Source: a bacterium (GTDB lineage: Bacteria; Zhuqueibacterota; Zhuqueibacteria; Oceanimicrobiales; Oceanimicrobiaceae). From it: a DNA stretch of 24,051 bases. The notes below the pieces were generated by a model. It made no database searches. It had not been told where the DNA came from and saw only the letters and a program-made list of their open reading frames with translations. The translations under genes were made by a program, and so were the position numbers. The stretch lies in contig JBHHYI010000053.1 in assembly GCA_046757525.1 (NCBI GenBank), positions 1-24,051 on the forward strand. The letters run 5' to 3'. This document shows, one piece after another, positions 24,013-24,051 of the stretch (position 1 is the stretch's first letter; each line of letters begins with the position of its first letter).

Positions 24013-24051
24013 TAGGAGGCCTCCTGAGAACTTAAGCCATGGTTCTGACCT

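Overview
Bacterial (diderm, lipoprotein- and TonB-receptor-rich) genomic window with three parts. (1) 1-3.5 kb: two divergently transcribed secreted lipoprotein proteases (a Nal1/trypsin-like serine protease and a metzincin). A small lipoprotein missed by the ORF track looks like a free-standing copy of the serine protease's N-terminal prodomain. (2) 3.6-10 kb: iscS, a DUF4258/DUF2283-type toxin-antitoxin pair, mnmA, thiD, an ECF S component and a TonB-dependent receptor. (3) 10.5-23.3 kb: an apparently complete [NiFe]-hydrogenase cluster of the group 1l (HylSL) type. It has five paralogous single-TM coiled-coil genes between the subunits and two maturation proteases, but no hyp genes. Instead it carries a candidate nickel-handling module: a CooC-type ATPase whose metal-binding CxC is encoded as TGA-ATG-TGC with a hairpin directly after the TGA (probable selenoprotein), a Cys/His-tailed winged-helix protein, an FNR-like reductase, a CooC-MarR fusion with a palindromic operator candidate, and a TonB-dependent receptor with a His-rich plug. 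A cobalamin riboswitch and a dense hairpin array end the window. Two copies of a 162-bp MITE with 11-bp TIRs and 8-bp target-site duplications are present. All family assignments come from motif recognition by eye; no searches were run.
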